64,000 nt of DNA from an uncultured virus (IMG/VR IMGVR_UViG_3300020180_000001). Its lineage: Duplodnaviria > Heunggongvirae > Uroviricota > Caudoviricetes. A model generated the notes under the pieces. The model made no database searches. It was not told where the DNA came from and worked only from the letters and a program-made list of their open reading frames with translations. This document shows, in pieces, positions 37,408 to 47,533 of this stretch (the first letter of the stretch is position 1; each line of letters begins with the position of its first letter). The stretch lies in the IMG/VR virus record IMGVR_UViG_3300020180_000001; one strand, given 5' to 3'. Position numbers and translations under genes: made by a program.

Positions 37408-38409
37408 ATGGATAGTATTTTAAAATCTAATTTCGACAGAGCGGCGAAACGAATTAGAGAAAAGTACGTGCACGTTGATTCGTTTTTAAGTGTCACCGAA
37501 AGCGCGTTAGAGGCCGACACCCACGTAATCCTTTTTGGACCGGGGGGGTATGGAAAATCGAAGATTACCGAGGAGTTCCTAAAGTTGTTGTATGATAAAG
37601 ACCCGTTTATCACTTCTTTCGACCCTCATATGGATCCGTCGAGAGTATTTGGTAATACGATAGTGAAAACTGTTAGTACTGAAGACTCTCAGATGATGTC
37701 ATTTGAGCACGACCCACTTACTTCGTTTACTCACTATCGGGGAGTTATTTTTGAGGAAATGGGCGATGGTCCTCCCTCAATATTAGCGAGTTTAAAGGAT
37801 ACACTTACAAGGGGTCGCGAGTGTACGGGTAAGATTTGCTATCCGATGGCTACCCAACTTATCTTCGGATGTACGAATGTCTCACCTAAGGAGTGGGTGG
37901 CAAAGGCACAGCCAGCGGACAAACTATCGAGAGAGGCACTTCTACAGAGGTTTCTCTACCAAATAGAGATGGTGTGGCCTGACCATAGCGCAGACTCATA
38001 CAGAGAGATGTTTAAAAAACAGGGCATCAATGTAGATGACACTTACATTAAAGTCTTAGAGAAGTTGGGAGGGAACGGCCAGTTCGTATCCCCTCGTACG
38101 GCTATTAAACTGCACGAACCCTACAAGCGGTTTGGATTACCCGGCTTGGGCAACGCCAACGTAGATAAAGACTTACTTTTAGGACTTGCCACGTTCGTCA
38201 AGAGGCAGGAGGAACTGCAGGCTATGCAGAAGGCTATTGCTGAGATAACGGAGTTCAAGAGTAAAGATCTGTTCAAGTTTATCAGTAAGGGTAAGGAGTT
38301 CATAGAAGATACGAAAACTAACGATGTAACTATCCCAACAATGATCGCATTTAATAGTCTTATCCAGAGTAGCGAAAAATCTTACTGGCGTGGTCGTTCC
38401 TCACAATAA
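37408..38409 (+). CDS. MoxR/RavA-like AAA+ ATPase
   Basis: HVILFGPGGYGKS, IFEE Walker B, GCTN sensor, ALLQRF, VSPRT; start likely MDSILK at 37408. Confidence 0.75.
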   Translation: MDSILKSNFDRAAKRIREKYVHVDSFLSVTESALEADTHVILFGPGGYGKSKITEEFLKLLYDKDPFITSFDPHMDPSRVFGNTIVKTVSTEDSQMMSFEHDPLTSFTHYRGVIFEEMGDGPPSILASLKDTLTRGRECTGKICYPMATQLIFGCTNVSPKEWVAKAQPADKLSREALLQRFLYQIEMVWPDHSADSYREMFKKQGINVDDTYIKVLEKLGGNGQFVSPRTAIKLHEPYKRFGLPGLGNANVDKDLLLGLATFVKRQEELQAMQKAIAEITEFKSKDLFKFISKGKEFIEDTKTNDVTIPTMIAFNSLIQSSEKSYWRGRSSQ

Positions 38410-39544
38410 TCTCGAGGTATCTCTTGGAGAGATAGATAATGGGCTTAAGAAGTATGTCGGTAAGGTAGATCCCAAACTGGCAGTAAAAATTCTTGATGCA
38501 GCGTCTTGGGCTGTATACGGCCAGAATCAGACAGACCAGGCTTTTATAGATCCAACTCAAGATGAGGAGGTACTGAGAGAGTACATGAAAGCAATTAACC
38601 TCTCCGATGTTCCTGGAACGACTATCTTGGATAAGTCGGTTGCGATTGCTGCGGCTATTGAACGGCAAGAAGCCGATGATAAAGACACTGTTATTAAGAG
38701 AAGCACTCAATCTAAAGCAGAAGACGTGGCTAAGGAATTGAAAGAAGTAAAGAGTTTCATGGAGAAGTCCGGGATGGGAGATAAGGATGATAGTGGTCCT
38801 TACACTACGACCTTAGTAACCGCACTGACTGCGCAGCAACAGAGGATTCTCTCCTCTCTTGGCCGGATAGAGGCGTCCTCCCTATTTAACTTCGGAAAAA
38901 AAGACGTTTCTTTTGTACCAGGGGATGATGTAATGGTTTACAAACGAGCCCGTTTATCTGACGCAGCCTCGATCTCGGTTAGTGACTGGGTTTTACCACA
39001 CGCGGTTGAGAGGATAATTAAGAATCGGGTTTCTGTGGGTAAACTTACAGAGTATGCCGATAAAAGGCAGTCTGTAATCTTACTCATAGACCATTCGGGA
39101 TCTATGAAGACTCCCTTCAAGCAGTCGTGCGTAGTTGCTATTCTAATGCACATAGTAGAGCAGTTGAGGACAAACGACATCCAACTCTGGATAGGAGGGT
39201 ATGTAGAGAAGATCCAGGGACTTGTCCCCATTCTTACTTATGAGGAGGGGCTTAACTACATTAAAGACTATAAATGTCTTGGTGGAGGTGATACGGAGAT
39301 TGGAGAGATCATTGTCCGTTTACAAGCAAAAGTCTCCACAGGCTTTCTAAAAAAGCAGGAGTGTCCCCCCGATACAAATATCGTGCTTATAAATGACGGT
39401 CAGGACAAAATCCATCCGGTAACATTGACGTGTAAAGTACATGCCATAATGCTTGGGAATGGGATGGAAAGCACTAATGCTGTCGATCTACAGAATTTAG
39501 CGAAGAAAAGTGGAGGAGACTACATCATCTTTAAGGATGCTTAG
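38390..39544 (+). CDS. vWA (MIDAS) domain protein, partner of the MoxR ATPase
   Basis: LLIDHSGSM, GGGDT, LINDGQD. Confidence 0.8.
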   Translation: MVVPHNNLEVSLGEIDNGLKKYVGKVDPKLAVKILDAASWAVYGQNQTDQAFIDPTQDEEVLREYMKAINLSDVPGTTILDKSVAIAAAIERQEADDKDTVIKRSTQSKAEDVAKELKEVKSFMEKSGMGDKDDSGPYTTTLVTALTAQQQRILSSLGRIEASSLFNFGKKDVSFVPGDDVMVYKRARLSDAASISVSDWVLPHAVERIIKNRVSVGKLTEYADKRQSVILLIDHSGSMKTPFKQSCVVAILMHIVEQLRTNDIQLWIGGYVEKIQGLVPILTYEEGLNYIKDYKCLGGGDTEIGEIIVRLQAKVSTGFLKKQECPPDTNIVLINDGQDKIHPVTLTCKVHAIMLGNGMESTNAVDLQNLAKKSGGDYIIFKDA

Positions 39545-39809
39545 TTTACTTCATTCCTACGTGGGCGCATTTAACGACGGGGAGAATCATCACTATGGAT
39601 TCAAACTGAAGCAAGTGTTATACGTAATAACGAGTTCTGTACCAAGAAACTCTTATGTTAAGATTGATACAGATTCCGTATTCGGAAAGCATATTAGAGA
39701 GACAAAACAAACCTTTTTGACTTTGGCTACAAACCAACTTGCAAAGAGGTTTAACAATATTCCTGCGGGTAAGATACTCTTGCCTGAGGATTTCACAATT
39801 AATAAATAG
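39537..39809 (+). CDS. Hypothetical protein
   Basis: Likely start MLSLL overlapping the vWA stop. Confidence 0.5.
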   Translation: MLSLLHSYVGAFNDGENHHYGFKLKQVLYVITSSVPRNSYVKIDTDSVFGKHIRETKQTFLTLATNQLAKRFNNIPAGKILLPEDFTINK

Positions 39810-39818
39810 TAAAAAAAA

Positions 39819-40754
39819 ATGCTTAAAATCACGAATTTCGTAGAACTGGTGACCTTGCCGGATCAAGTCATTGTCATACCAGTTAGCCCTGTACCTGCCT
39901 CCTTACTGCCGCCTTTGGATAATCTCATTAAGTTCACGGTAGCAGGTAATACAGATGTAATCTCACTATCAACTGCGGCTGAAGCGGCTGAGTGGCTATT
40001 GAAAAATCCGAAGTATTTCGGGCAGATGGAAGGTACCGCAAGCAGCGTAAAAACGATGCTGCACACTTATGCGACAAATTTGAGTGTAAACGCCACAGCG
40101 GCGTTTGATGAAATCTGCGACTGGATTATCGCAATGGAAAACAAGTATGTGTATCCTAATCTCATTATGGAAGCGTTGAATAATGCTGAGAACCGTGAAT
40201 CCGCGCTCCTATTCTTAGATGAGGTTGAAGGGAAGACGGAAGAGGCTGTTTTGAAACTCTTCCAGACGCTGGCCGAACTTACGAACTATGTAGTTGCAGA
40301 AGTTGTAGCGACTCCAGAAGCTGTTGCAGAAGCACCAGCAGAAGTTGTAGTGATTGCGGAAGTTGTAGCGACTCCAGAAGCACCAGTAGAAGTTCCAGCG
40401 ATTCCGGAAGTTGTAGTGATTGCACAAGTTGATGCAGTGACTGCACAAGTTGTTGCAGAAGTTGTTGCAGAAGTTGTAGTGATTGCAGAAGCAGAAGTTG
40501 TTGCAGAAGCACCATCGATTGAAACACTGCCCGTGGCCGTACCCGTAATAACCTCAGTGGCCGCAACGAAGAGAGATGCGTTAGTTGTAGCGACCGGTAT
40601 TCTTAAGGCCCTTGAGACGGCACACGTTGCGCTGGCAGAAGCGGTGGGTGGAGTCAGGGATTTCTTAGAAACGATTAATGGTATTGAAGAAACCATCGTC
40701 GTAGAAAACGATGATGCAGAAACGATACTGGTAGAACCCATCGTCGTAAAATAA
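39819..40754 (+). CDS. Acidic protein with AEVV low-complexity repeats
   Basis: GCAGAAGTTGT-type repeats ~40290-40515. Confidence 0.65.
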   Translation: MLKITNFVELVTLPDQVIVIPVSPVPASLLPPLDNLIKFTVAGNTDVISLSTAAEAAEWLLKNPKYFGQMEGTASSVKTMLHTYATNLSVNATAAFDEICDWIIAMENKYVYPNLIMEALNNAENRESALLFLDEVEGKTEEAVLKLFQTLAELTNYVVAEVVATPEAVAEAPAEVVVIAEVVATPEAPVEVPAIPEVVVIAQVDAVTAQVVAEVVAEVVVIAEAEVVAEAPSIETLPVAVPVITSVAATKRDALVVATGILKALETAHVALAEAVGGVRDFLETINGIEETIVVENDDAETILVEPIVVK

Positions 40755-40808
40755 ACCGTGAAAAACCAGATGAAAACTTTTTTTTCACTATTAAAAATTT
40801 TTAGTTTT

Positions 40809-41531
40809 ATGGAAGTAAAAGGAAGATTAAAACAAGGTGAGAAACCTGGTGCTGGATCAATATACGGGATAGTTACCGTATTGATCGATGGTAGGCAGGT
40901 CAAAGTCAACGTGACGATGTCTGACAATATTAGGAATGCCTTAGAAAAATTTAAGGTGACCGACTACTGTTTTAGAACAATCCTGGACCCAGCAAAGGTC
41001 ACTGTGAAAAATACCTACGCGGCAACGGAAAAGACCATCGTGGCCCCGATTTTCCATGTCGATACTGGGCAAGATGAGACGATTGTATGGAAAGGTCAAC
41101 GGTTGATACCGAGTCACGAGAGTTCGGTTTTCTTCTCGTTTCTGCAAGGGCCTAAGCAATTAGCCACCAGAGTGCCTATGGGCGTGAGATTTTTAGGGGT
41201 CAATGGCATAACCCCCAAGTCATGGTTAAATGCCATGCTCGAACAACTCAAGTTGCAGATCGATGCTGACGCGAAGCAAAATCAGTTTCGTGATCCGGAT
41301 AATCGGTTCCCTCTTTTCAATTTGACGCAATACTATACCGACGGATTTGCATGCGCGAAGTACCCCGAAGATAGGGCATTAATCACTTCCCTCATCCGTG
41401 CTGCTCAGGAGATGGAAACCGTTTTCAATTTCCCTAAGCAGCAGTACCCGAACGTTGTATCCCTGCCGCAAGGGTTAAATGACCCGTGGAATTTCAGAAG
41501 TAAGATAGAAGTAATAGACGTACTTGACTAA
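40809..41531 (+). CDS. Hypothetical protein
   Basis: ORF 40758..41531; likely start MEVKGR. Confidence 0.55.
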   Translation: MEVKGRLKQGEKPGAGSIYGIVTVLIDGRQVKVNVTMSDNIRNALEKFKVTDYCFRTILDPAKVTVKNTYAATEKTIVAPIFHVDTGQDETIVWKGQRLIPSHESSVFFSFLQGPKQLATRVPMGVRFLGVNGITPKSWLNAMLEQLKLQIDADAKQNQFRDPDNRFPLFNLTQYYTDGFACAKYPEDRALITSLIRAAQEMETVFNFPKQQYPNVVSLPQGLNDPWNFRSKIEVIDVLD

Positions 41532-41533
41532 TA

Positions 41534-41568
41534 ATGACGGGCAGGGCTAAGGTCCTGCTCGTTATTTT
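41534..41568 (+). terminator. Rho-independent terminator
   Basis: GACGGGCAGGGC-TAAG-GTCCTGCTCGTT-ATTTT. Confidence 0.6.
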
Positions 41569-41582
41569 ACAAACTGCCAAGA

Positions 41583-41924
41583 ATGGAAGGAATAATAACA
41601 AAGTTAGAACCGTTAACCGTGTATGCTAAAAATACCTATGTAACCACGGTAGATATTATTGACTTTATTCCCGAATTGGGAGATATTGTCACAATTGAAG
41701 TCGTGGTTAGTTCCATATGGAAAATGGACTTATTACGCAGGTCTTTTGATTCTATAATACGAAGTATGATAGAGAATGCAACTAATGCTCCTAAAATTAA
41801 AATAATGCCGTTATCAGAATACATCATTAAACTATACAATTTTGAGACTCTACCTAATGTTGATTTATTCGGATCTTGTTATATCCAGGGCGAGTTATGT
41901 CTGATTTACGTACCCTCGGAGTAA
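41583..41924 (+). CDS. Hypothetical protein
   Basis: ORF track. Confidence 0.5.
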   Translation: MEGIITKLEPLTVYAKNTYVTTVDIIDFIPELGDIVTIEVVVSSIWKMDLLRRSFDSIIRSMIENATNAPKIKIMPLSEYIIKLYNFETLPNVDLFGSCYIQGELCLIYVPSE

Positions 41925-42466
41925 TTATACTCCTCATTTGGGTTTGTAACAACTGCCCCGTAGAAATATCGGAAGAGTTTAGTATATTAAGATCTGTCTA
42001 TACGCCCTTATTAGACAATGCGGCTTCTATTGATATCGATACTGTTCCAAAACTTTCCATAAAGAGTTACGTAGACACTTATAAAGAACTTGCTATTACA
42101 GAAGGAGAGTTGTACAATATTCCCTGGAAGATAATCTTAGGGCAGGCAATAATAGAATCCGATATAGGACGAAGTTATCTTGCTAAACAGGCTAACAATC
42201 ACTTTGGAATGAAGTGTTTTTCCAAGACATGTGCTAAGGGTCATTGTATCAACCGACAAGATGATACTCATAAAGATTTCTTCTTGTGCTTCGCAACGGT
42301 GAAAGATTCTTATAGACAACACTCTATACTGCTGATGAAGAAAAGATACCGAAAACTAAGGGGAGTTAAAGATTTTAAGGAATACGCAATAGGACTTCAA
42401 GAATGTGGTTATGCCACAGATCGGTCCTACGCATCAAAATTAACAAAAATATGTCTGTTGCTTTAA
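41897..42466 (+). CDS. Second GH73 glucosaminidase with N-terminal hydrophobic segment
   Basis: IPWKIILGQAIIES, NNHFGMKC, GYATDRSYA. Confidence 0.88.
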   Translation: MSDLRTLGVIILLIWVCNNCPVEISEEFSILRSVYTPLLDNAASIDIDTVPKLSIKSYVDTYKELAITEGELYNIPWKIILGQAIIESDIGRSYLAKQANNHFGMKCFSKTCAKGHCINRQDDTHKDFFLCFATVKDSYRQHSILLMKKRYRKLRGVKDFKEYAIGLQECGYATDRSYASKLTKICLLL

Positions 42467-43806
42467 CTATGCTCATAGCAGTGCTAATTATATTCGTTGT
42501 GGTGACCTTGTGGTTGCACAGAGTAGAGACTGCAAGAAGTAAAAGGGAGGAAGAAAACCTAAAAACCGTTGGAAAGTTAGAGGTAAGTATGCAAATACTT
42601 GCAGATGCTTCTACCCTTAGTGAGGATGAGAAGTCACGGCCATCTAAAGGCTTTAGCCAATTATCAATAGATGGAGTATTTCTGTATGCGTTTGTAATGC
42701 AGCAGATTAAAACAGAATATGATGACATAGTGGCCAAAACGCAAGTAGTAGATATTGCTACCGGGCTGTGCCAGAGTATCACGTACTGTATCACTTATAT
42801 CGAGAATATTATAGAAGTAACTTTTGTCCTGCAGAACTACAGCAAGACTCAACTGGAACTGTGGTTCGATATCAGTGAAGACATGCGAGTTTGGGTAGAA
42901 GATACTACGTCGATAATATCGTCGGTGCAAGTCTGCACTCCCATCTATTGCAACGAAGCCTGTATCTTGCAAGTTGCTGCCGAGTTGAAAAACATCTTTA
43001 AGGTGAGTAGAGTGAATTACAAGGCACGCGTGCCGGAAGCATCGACTCGTTCAGTATATACTCTGACACGAATCCAAGGTAATCTCGAAGTGATACCGAC
43101 CCTATTAACAGGGCTCGTGTATGACAAGGAAACTGTAGATATGTACTACAAGCCCCCCACAGTACATGTAGGCAACGATCTCTACTACCCTCCTATGAGT
43201 AAGATAGTAGATTTACTGGCTGGTATAGGCTTCCGGGGAAGGAGCGCCATCATTACAGGTATGACCGGGGTTGGAAAATCAACCATATTAAAGTATGTGA
43301 TCCATGAAACGGACAGGTTCATATTGCAACTGACTATTGAAGATTTAGGTATAATGGCTACTCCGGAGGGTAAGGGGGTAATATTGAACTTCCTTGCATC
43401 ATATAAAGACGTAATCTTGATAATAGACGAGGCGCAAGGCTTAGTTGACGACTCCAAGTTTGTAGCAATCCTCGAGTTGATGGATGGGATTGCCAAAGCA
43501 ACCTGTCCAGACATAACGGTGATTTTGGCACTAAATACGAAGGTTGAGTCGCTTAACCCGACGCTGTCGAGGGCAGGACGAACGACCTGTATAATAGATG
43601 TAGTGCCTCAAAATGAAGCAGGGGCAGCAAATATTGCGGCGCTCGCTTCAAAAAAAGGAAATTTGTTTCAAGATGCAAAGTTGAAGGGTTTCCTACAACA
43701 ACCCACATTAGGCGAGGTTACTCTTGCAGAAATAATTGAGTGCATCATAGTTCCCGAGGACGATCCTTTGGCTGCTATAAGAACGTATAAACTTGACACG
43801 CTTTGA
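42451..43806 (+). CDS. Membrane-anchored AAA+ ATPase
   Basis: N-terminal TM, GMTGVGKS, IIDEAQ, LELMDG, LSRAGR. Confidence 0.75.
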   Translation: MSVALTMLIAVLIIFVVVTLWLHRVETARSKREEENLKTVGKLEVSMQILADASTLSEDEKSRPSKGFSQLSIDGVFLYAFVMQQIKTEYDDIVAKTQVVDIATGLCQSITYCITYIENIIEVTFVLQNYSKTQLELWFDISEDMRVWVEDTTSIISSVQVCTPIYCNEACILQVAAELKNIFKVSRVNYKARVPEASTRSVYTLTRIQGNLEVIPTLLTGLVYDKETVDMYYKPPTVHVGNDLYYPPMSKIVDLLAGIGFRGRSAIITGMTGVGKSTILKYVIHETDRFILQLTIEDLGIMATPEGKGVILNFLASYKDVILIIDEAQGLVDDSKFVAILELMDGIAKATCPDITVILALNTKVESLNPTLSRAGRTTCIIDVVPQNEAGAANIAALASKKGNLFQDAKLKGFLQQPTLGEVTLAEIIECIIVPEDDPLAAIRTYKLDTL

Positions 43807-44149
43807 AGTAGGAAAAAAGGTACAACTTAGAGTACCCTTCACTATTTTAAGTATAGAGAGCGCTTATGTAAATGTCCACACTGAATTGGGGGAGTTCATC
43901 TTACCTAAAGACCTCGCTGTTTTACAGTGCGCTAAAGTAGGTGATGTTTTTGATGGGAGTTGTATATCAGCAGTCTTGACAATCCTCTTTGCAGCGTATC
44001 CCATCGATTCATCGCACAAAATCGTAATTCTAAATAATTACGGGTGCCGTGTAGACAGACCTCGACTGAGTACTACGATTTTGTACTTGGGTTTAGTATT
44101 AATAGATAAAGTAGAATTTATGGTAAACTTAAAAAACTATGAAGTGTAA
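43793..44149 (+). CDS. Hypothetical protein
   Basis: ORF track. Confidence 0.45.
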   Translation: MTRFEVGKKVQLRVPFTILSIESAYVNVHTELGEFILPKDLAVLQCAKVGDVFDGSCISAVLTILFAAYPIDSSHKIVILNNYGCRVDRPRLSTTILYLGLVLIDKVEFMVNLKNYEV

Positions 44150-44675
44150 AATCCCCAAAAGAAATTTGTTAGGGGTGATAGAGTATTATGAAAAAGAATT
44201 TATCACTCCATATATTATAGATCGTGCTTTCGAGTTGTATGGGCGGGAAACTACAGCCGTAGTATATGATAACTTCGTTATAAAAAACCTAAGGATGAGA
44301 TATCTAAATCAAGTACTCAAAGACTTAGATTCTAATAAAGAGGAATTAATAATGAAGACCTGGTATTTCGACTTTGGTTTTTACGATAATGCGACTTCCG
44401 AATCTTGTATCAAAGGATACCTGACTCCTTACCAATTATTCGAGGCTCTTACGAGTCCTGCTATAATAGACAGTCCTCTCTACAACTTACTGACTCCCTT
44501 AGATTTGGAGTCATTAAAACAAGACTGCCCAATACAAGGCTGGAAAAAAGGACAAATAAAAGAATTTATCGAGAGATGTGTCTTTTCACTACCGGTACCT
44601 ATTACAATAACCCAAAATAGAATCTCAACGAGATTTTATTATACAAACTTAATAAAAGAATGTATAAATTTATAG
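44139..44675 (+). CDS. Hypothetical protein
   Basis: ORF track. Confidence 0.5.
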   Translation: MKCKIPKRNLLGVIEYYEKEFITPYIIDRAFELYGRETTAVVYDNFVIKNLRMRYLNQVLKDLDSNKEELIMKTWYFDFGFYDNATSESCIKGYLTPYQLFEALTSPAIIDSPLYNLLTPLDLESLKQDCPIQGWKKGQIKEFIERCVFSLPVPITITQNRISTRFYYTNLIKECINL

Positions 44676-45115
44676 TACTGCTACTACTGACATCCTGTGG
44701 TCAGGAAGTACCTGATGCTCATACGATAAAAGTAATGGATTCTATTCTCCAAAATGTCAATGTGAAGCAGCCTACGTATTCATTTTATTCAGAAAATAAT
44801 AAAATCTACGGGGGTAATCTTCAATACATACTGACGGATAGTACGGTAACTTTTACAAGTCCTGTAGTAGTAGTGTATAAGATTGATGGAAATAATCTAT
44901 ATCGCTCCATCAACAGTATCTCAAATCCGATACTGGAAGTATTACCATATCGAATTACTGACGAGTATTTTAAAATCGGACAAAGAGTATACTATAAACA
45001 TATTCCAACAAGCCGAGTATATACAATAAAAAAAGGAGACACAGAGGCCTCCTTAAAAACAAACTATGATGTCGAAATTGAAAACCCGAAAGCGGGACAC
45101 ACATTTACTTACTGA
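44660..45115 (+). CDS. Lipoprotein with C-terminal LysM-like motif
   Basis: Lipobox LLLTSC; YTIKKGDTEASL. Confidence 0.6.
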   Translation: MYKFIVLLLLTSCGQEVPDAHTIKVMDSILQNVNVKQPTYSFYSENNKIYGGNLQYILTDSTVTFTSPVVVVYKIDGNNLYRSINSISNPILEVLPYRITDEYFKIGQRVYYKHIPTSRVYTIKKGDTEASLKTNYDVEIENPKAGHTFTY

Positions 45116-45356
45116 AGAGTTCCAATTCTCTTTAGAAAGAGTGAATACTGTTATCCAAGAGCCTGATGAAATCTCCCGAAAAGTTAAATTCCGAATTAAT
45201 GCTTCAGAAGATAATAAGAACAAGGTAGCAAGAATGAAGGTACTAAAGAAAAAACTGGCAATATGGGAAGTTAAAGACACTATCGATGCAGAGATTGCGG
45301 AAGTAAACAAAGGTAAGATACAGAATCTTAAAAACCGACTGTCTAAACTAAAATGA
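45066..45356 (+). CDS. Hypothetical coiled-coil protein
   Basis: ORF track. Confidence 0.4.
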   Translation: MMSKLKTRKRDTHLLTEEFQFSLERVNTVIQEPDEISRKVKFRINASEDNKNKVARMKVLKKKLAIWEVKDTIDAEIAEVNKGKIQNLKNRLSKLK

Positions 45357-45706
45357 TCTTTTATCAACAGGAACATTTAGATTTTAAATGTATTAATTTT
45401 GCATTTCCTATAAGGCTGGAACTACATCGGATTTACAATAAAGAATTTGGAAAGTCTTATATCCATATTTTAAGAGGTATGGCCACTATTTTTCAATTTA
45501 CCATAGTCATTACTTTGGTAAAAGATATGTATAAGTGTACTTATGAATTTTACACTATAATTAAAGACCCTCACCATCAGGTAGTACATAATTTGCTAAG
45601 TACGGTAACAACGATTGGAGCAACCCTCCGTAAAGTATTTGACCAAGTAGTAATTTTATTTATTACAATTTTTAAGAATTTAATAAAATTAGGTTCAACT
45701 AAATAA
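45353..45706 (+). CDS. Hypothetical protein
   Basis: ORF track. Confidence 0.4.
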   Translation: MIFYQQEHLDFKCINFAFPIRLELHRIYNKEFGKSYIHILRGMATIFQFTIVITLVKDMYKCTYEFYTIIKDPHHQVVHNLLSTVTTIGATLRKVFDQVVILFITIFKNLIKLGSTK

Positions 45707-45712
45707 CTCGTC

Positions 45713-46282
45713 GTGAATATAGGAATAATATTGTTAGACCCCATTTCCCAAGAACGCATATATCGAGTCCATCTTGAGGAGCTGTTGCTCATCCTCACTA
45801 CAAATGAGAATGTAATAAGCCTCATAGAACCCTGGAAACTACCCGAAGATTACCCCGATGTAGATGTTATCATAATCCCGGACACCTTAGGTCTGAGTCT
45901 TGATAGAGCAATGCCCAATGTGTCATTTCTACCTTCTATAGCCACCCATGCGCAAACGCCGGGGAGGTTCTTTAGAGATTATATGCCATTATGGATAAAT
46001 TCTAAAAAGAGGCTCATAACTATTGGAAACTCATCCTTTGAACTTTACCAATTCTTAGGAGGAAAATTCGAGTATAGCGAGGGTAGCGTGTGGTTAGTAT
46101 ATAATACCGACTTTAATTTTGAGTACCCAGTAAAATCTAAAGTCCCGCTTAATAACTTGATATTCGAGTTTTTCGCTTTCTCTCACCATAATGTAAGCGG
46201 AGTATCAAATATCCCACAGTCTGGGGATCCACTGAGTTTAAACGATCTTCTGCATGGAACTGAAGAACTGACGGAACTATAG
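45713..46282 (+). CDS. Hypothetical protein, weak class I glutamine amidotransferase-like pattern
   Basis: DVDVIIIP; LITIGNSSFELYQFLGGK resembles LGICRG.QL....GG but lacks the catalytic Cys. Confidence 0.35.
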   Translation: MNIGIILLDPISQERIYRVHLEELLLILTTNENVISLIEPWKLPEDYPDVDVIIIPDTLGLSLDRAMPNVSFLPSIATHAQTPGRFFRDYMPLWINSKKRLITIGNSSFELYQFLGGKFEYSEGSVWLVYNTDFNFEYPVKSKVPLNNLIFEFFAFSHHNVSGVSNIPQSGDPLSLNDLLHGTEELTEL

Positions 46283-46574
46283 ACCTAACGCACAATCAGA
46301 TACTCATCTGTAGTAGAAAAGTATTTAGTAAGCCTCTCGGGTGCGTCCCGGAGAGCCCAAAAATATACTATACTATGGGTGAGTATTCTGTTTTACTAAT
46401 AGTGCTGTAGAATCTCTGTAGAGGCCTCTAATTTGCCTTCTAAGAGACTTTCTTATTTAACTAACCCGAATACTAAGGGGTAGAAATAATAATCTCTTAG
46501 AAGGAAGATATAAGATAATTATCGAAGGGAGGGATTAAGCAGGAAGCGGGCTTGTCGAAGAGTAAGTATAGAAT

Positions 46575-46955
46575 AATTCACTTAGGAAGGTAATTACAAC
46601 TCTATTAACAGAAGTAATTAAAGAATACTTACCTTAGGAAGGTAAAGAAAACTACCCTTAGGAAGGTAAAAATACCTCCCTAAGGTAATGCACCGCCTTT
46701 AAAAAAGGGAAAAATATAATGCTATAAGGAGGGTAATTGGCGGCCTTTAAAAAAGGGAAAAATAGAATGCTATGAGGAAGAATAAGGACAATCCCCCTTA
46801 AAAGGGAAAAATAGAATGCTATAAGGAAGCAAAATTCCCCTTTTTTTAAAGTAAAGAATGCTATAAAGACTAACGCTCCCCCTTTTTTTTAAAGTAAAGA
46901 ATGCTATAAGGAGGATTAACCCTCCCCCTTAACAGGGAAAAATAGAATATTCTTA
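46575..46955. repeat. Iteron-like direct repeats (putative replication origin)
   Basis: CTTAGGAAGGTAA three times (~46580-46670); about 6 copies of CC(C/T)TT..AAAG..AAA.AATGCTATAAG at 42-49 bp spacing. Confidence 0.7.
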
Positions 46956-47009
46956 AGAAGACTTTTGAGCCCTTTTTTTTATAAGTAGTAAATAGGTTCA
47001 GTAGTAGAT

Positions 47010-47530
47010 ACTTCTCCCCCTACCCAATTAAATGGGCTCAACGGGCAGACTTTTCAGCTACACGCCCTCGACGACCAGCCAAGGATTACCAAATTACCTG
47101 TTAAAGTAAGTTGGCTGTTTTTAAAGCGAACTGTTCGCCATCTATCAGTGTTTCTCAGTATATCGAGATGCCTCATTGACATAACACCTTCTCTTGGGAG
47201 AGAAGGGGACCTTTTCTGCTAAAAGATCTGGAAAACTCGTTAGTGACTTTCTAATGGAGGTTGTTGCCAGTGGCTACAAGATACTCATCACTACTCCCCT
47301 TGTTCCTACGATCAGCCCCACGGGCCTACGCTTGCCGTTTCTTTATCCCTAATTAAAGTTAGAGATATCACGGCTATGTCAATTCAATAGATGCTTATTG
47401 GAACGCCAATTTGTTGCCTCGAGGAGAAAATAGACGAATCCTCGGTCTTTTCCCGCGCTACTCTCTGTTTACGATGGTGCTAAGGGACGAATTACGATAT
47501 GGAACGATACCGCAGGCTATGCTCTGTGCA
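47010..47530 (-). ncRNA. Candidate large structured ncRNA, copy B
   Basis: No minus-strand ORF of 60 aa or more; more GC-rich than its flanks; many stems; paralogous blocks shared with 27005..27628. Confidence 0.6.
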
Positions 47531-47533
47531 ATG

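Noticed and set aside
46690..46955. CRISPR-like repeat-spacer pattern
   Set aside because: Repeats are degenerate, the intervening segments are short and resemble each other, and there are no cas genes; iteron-like repeats fit better.
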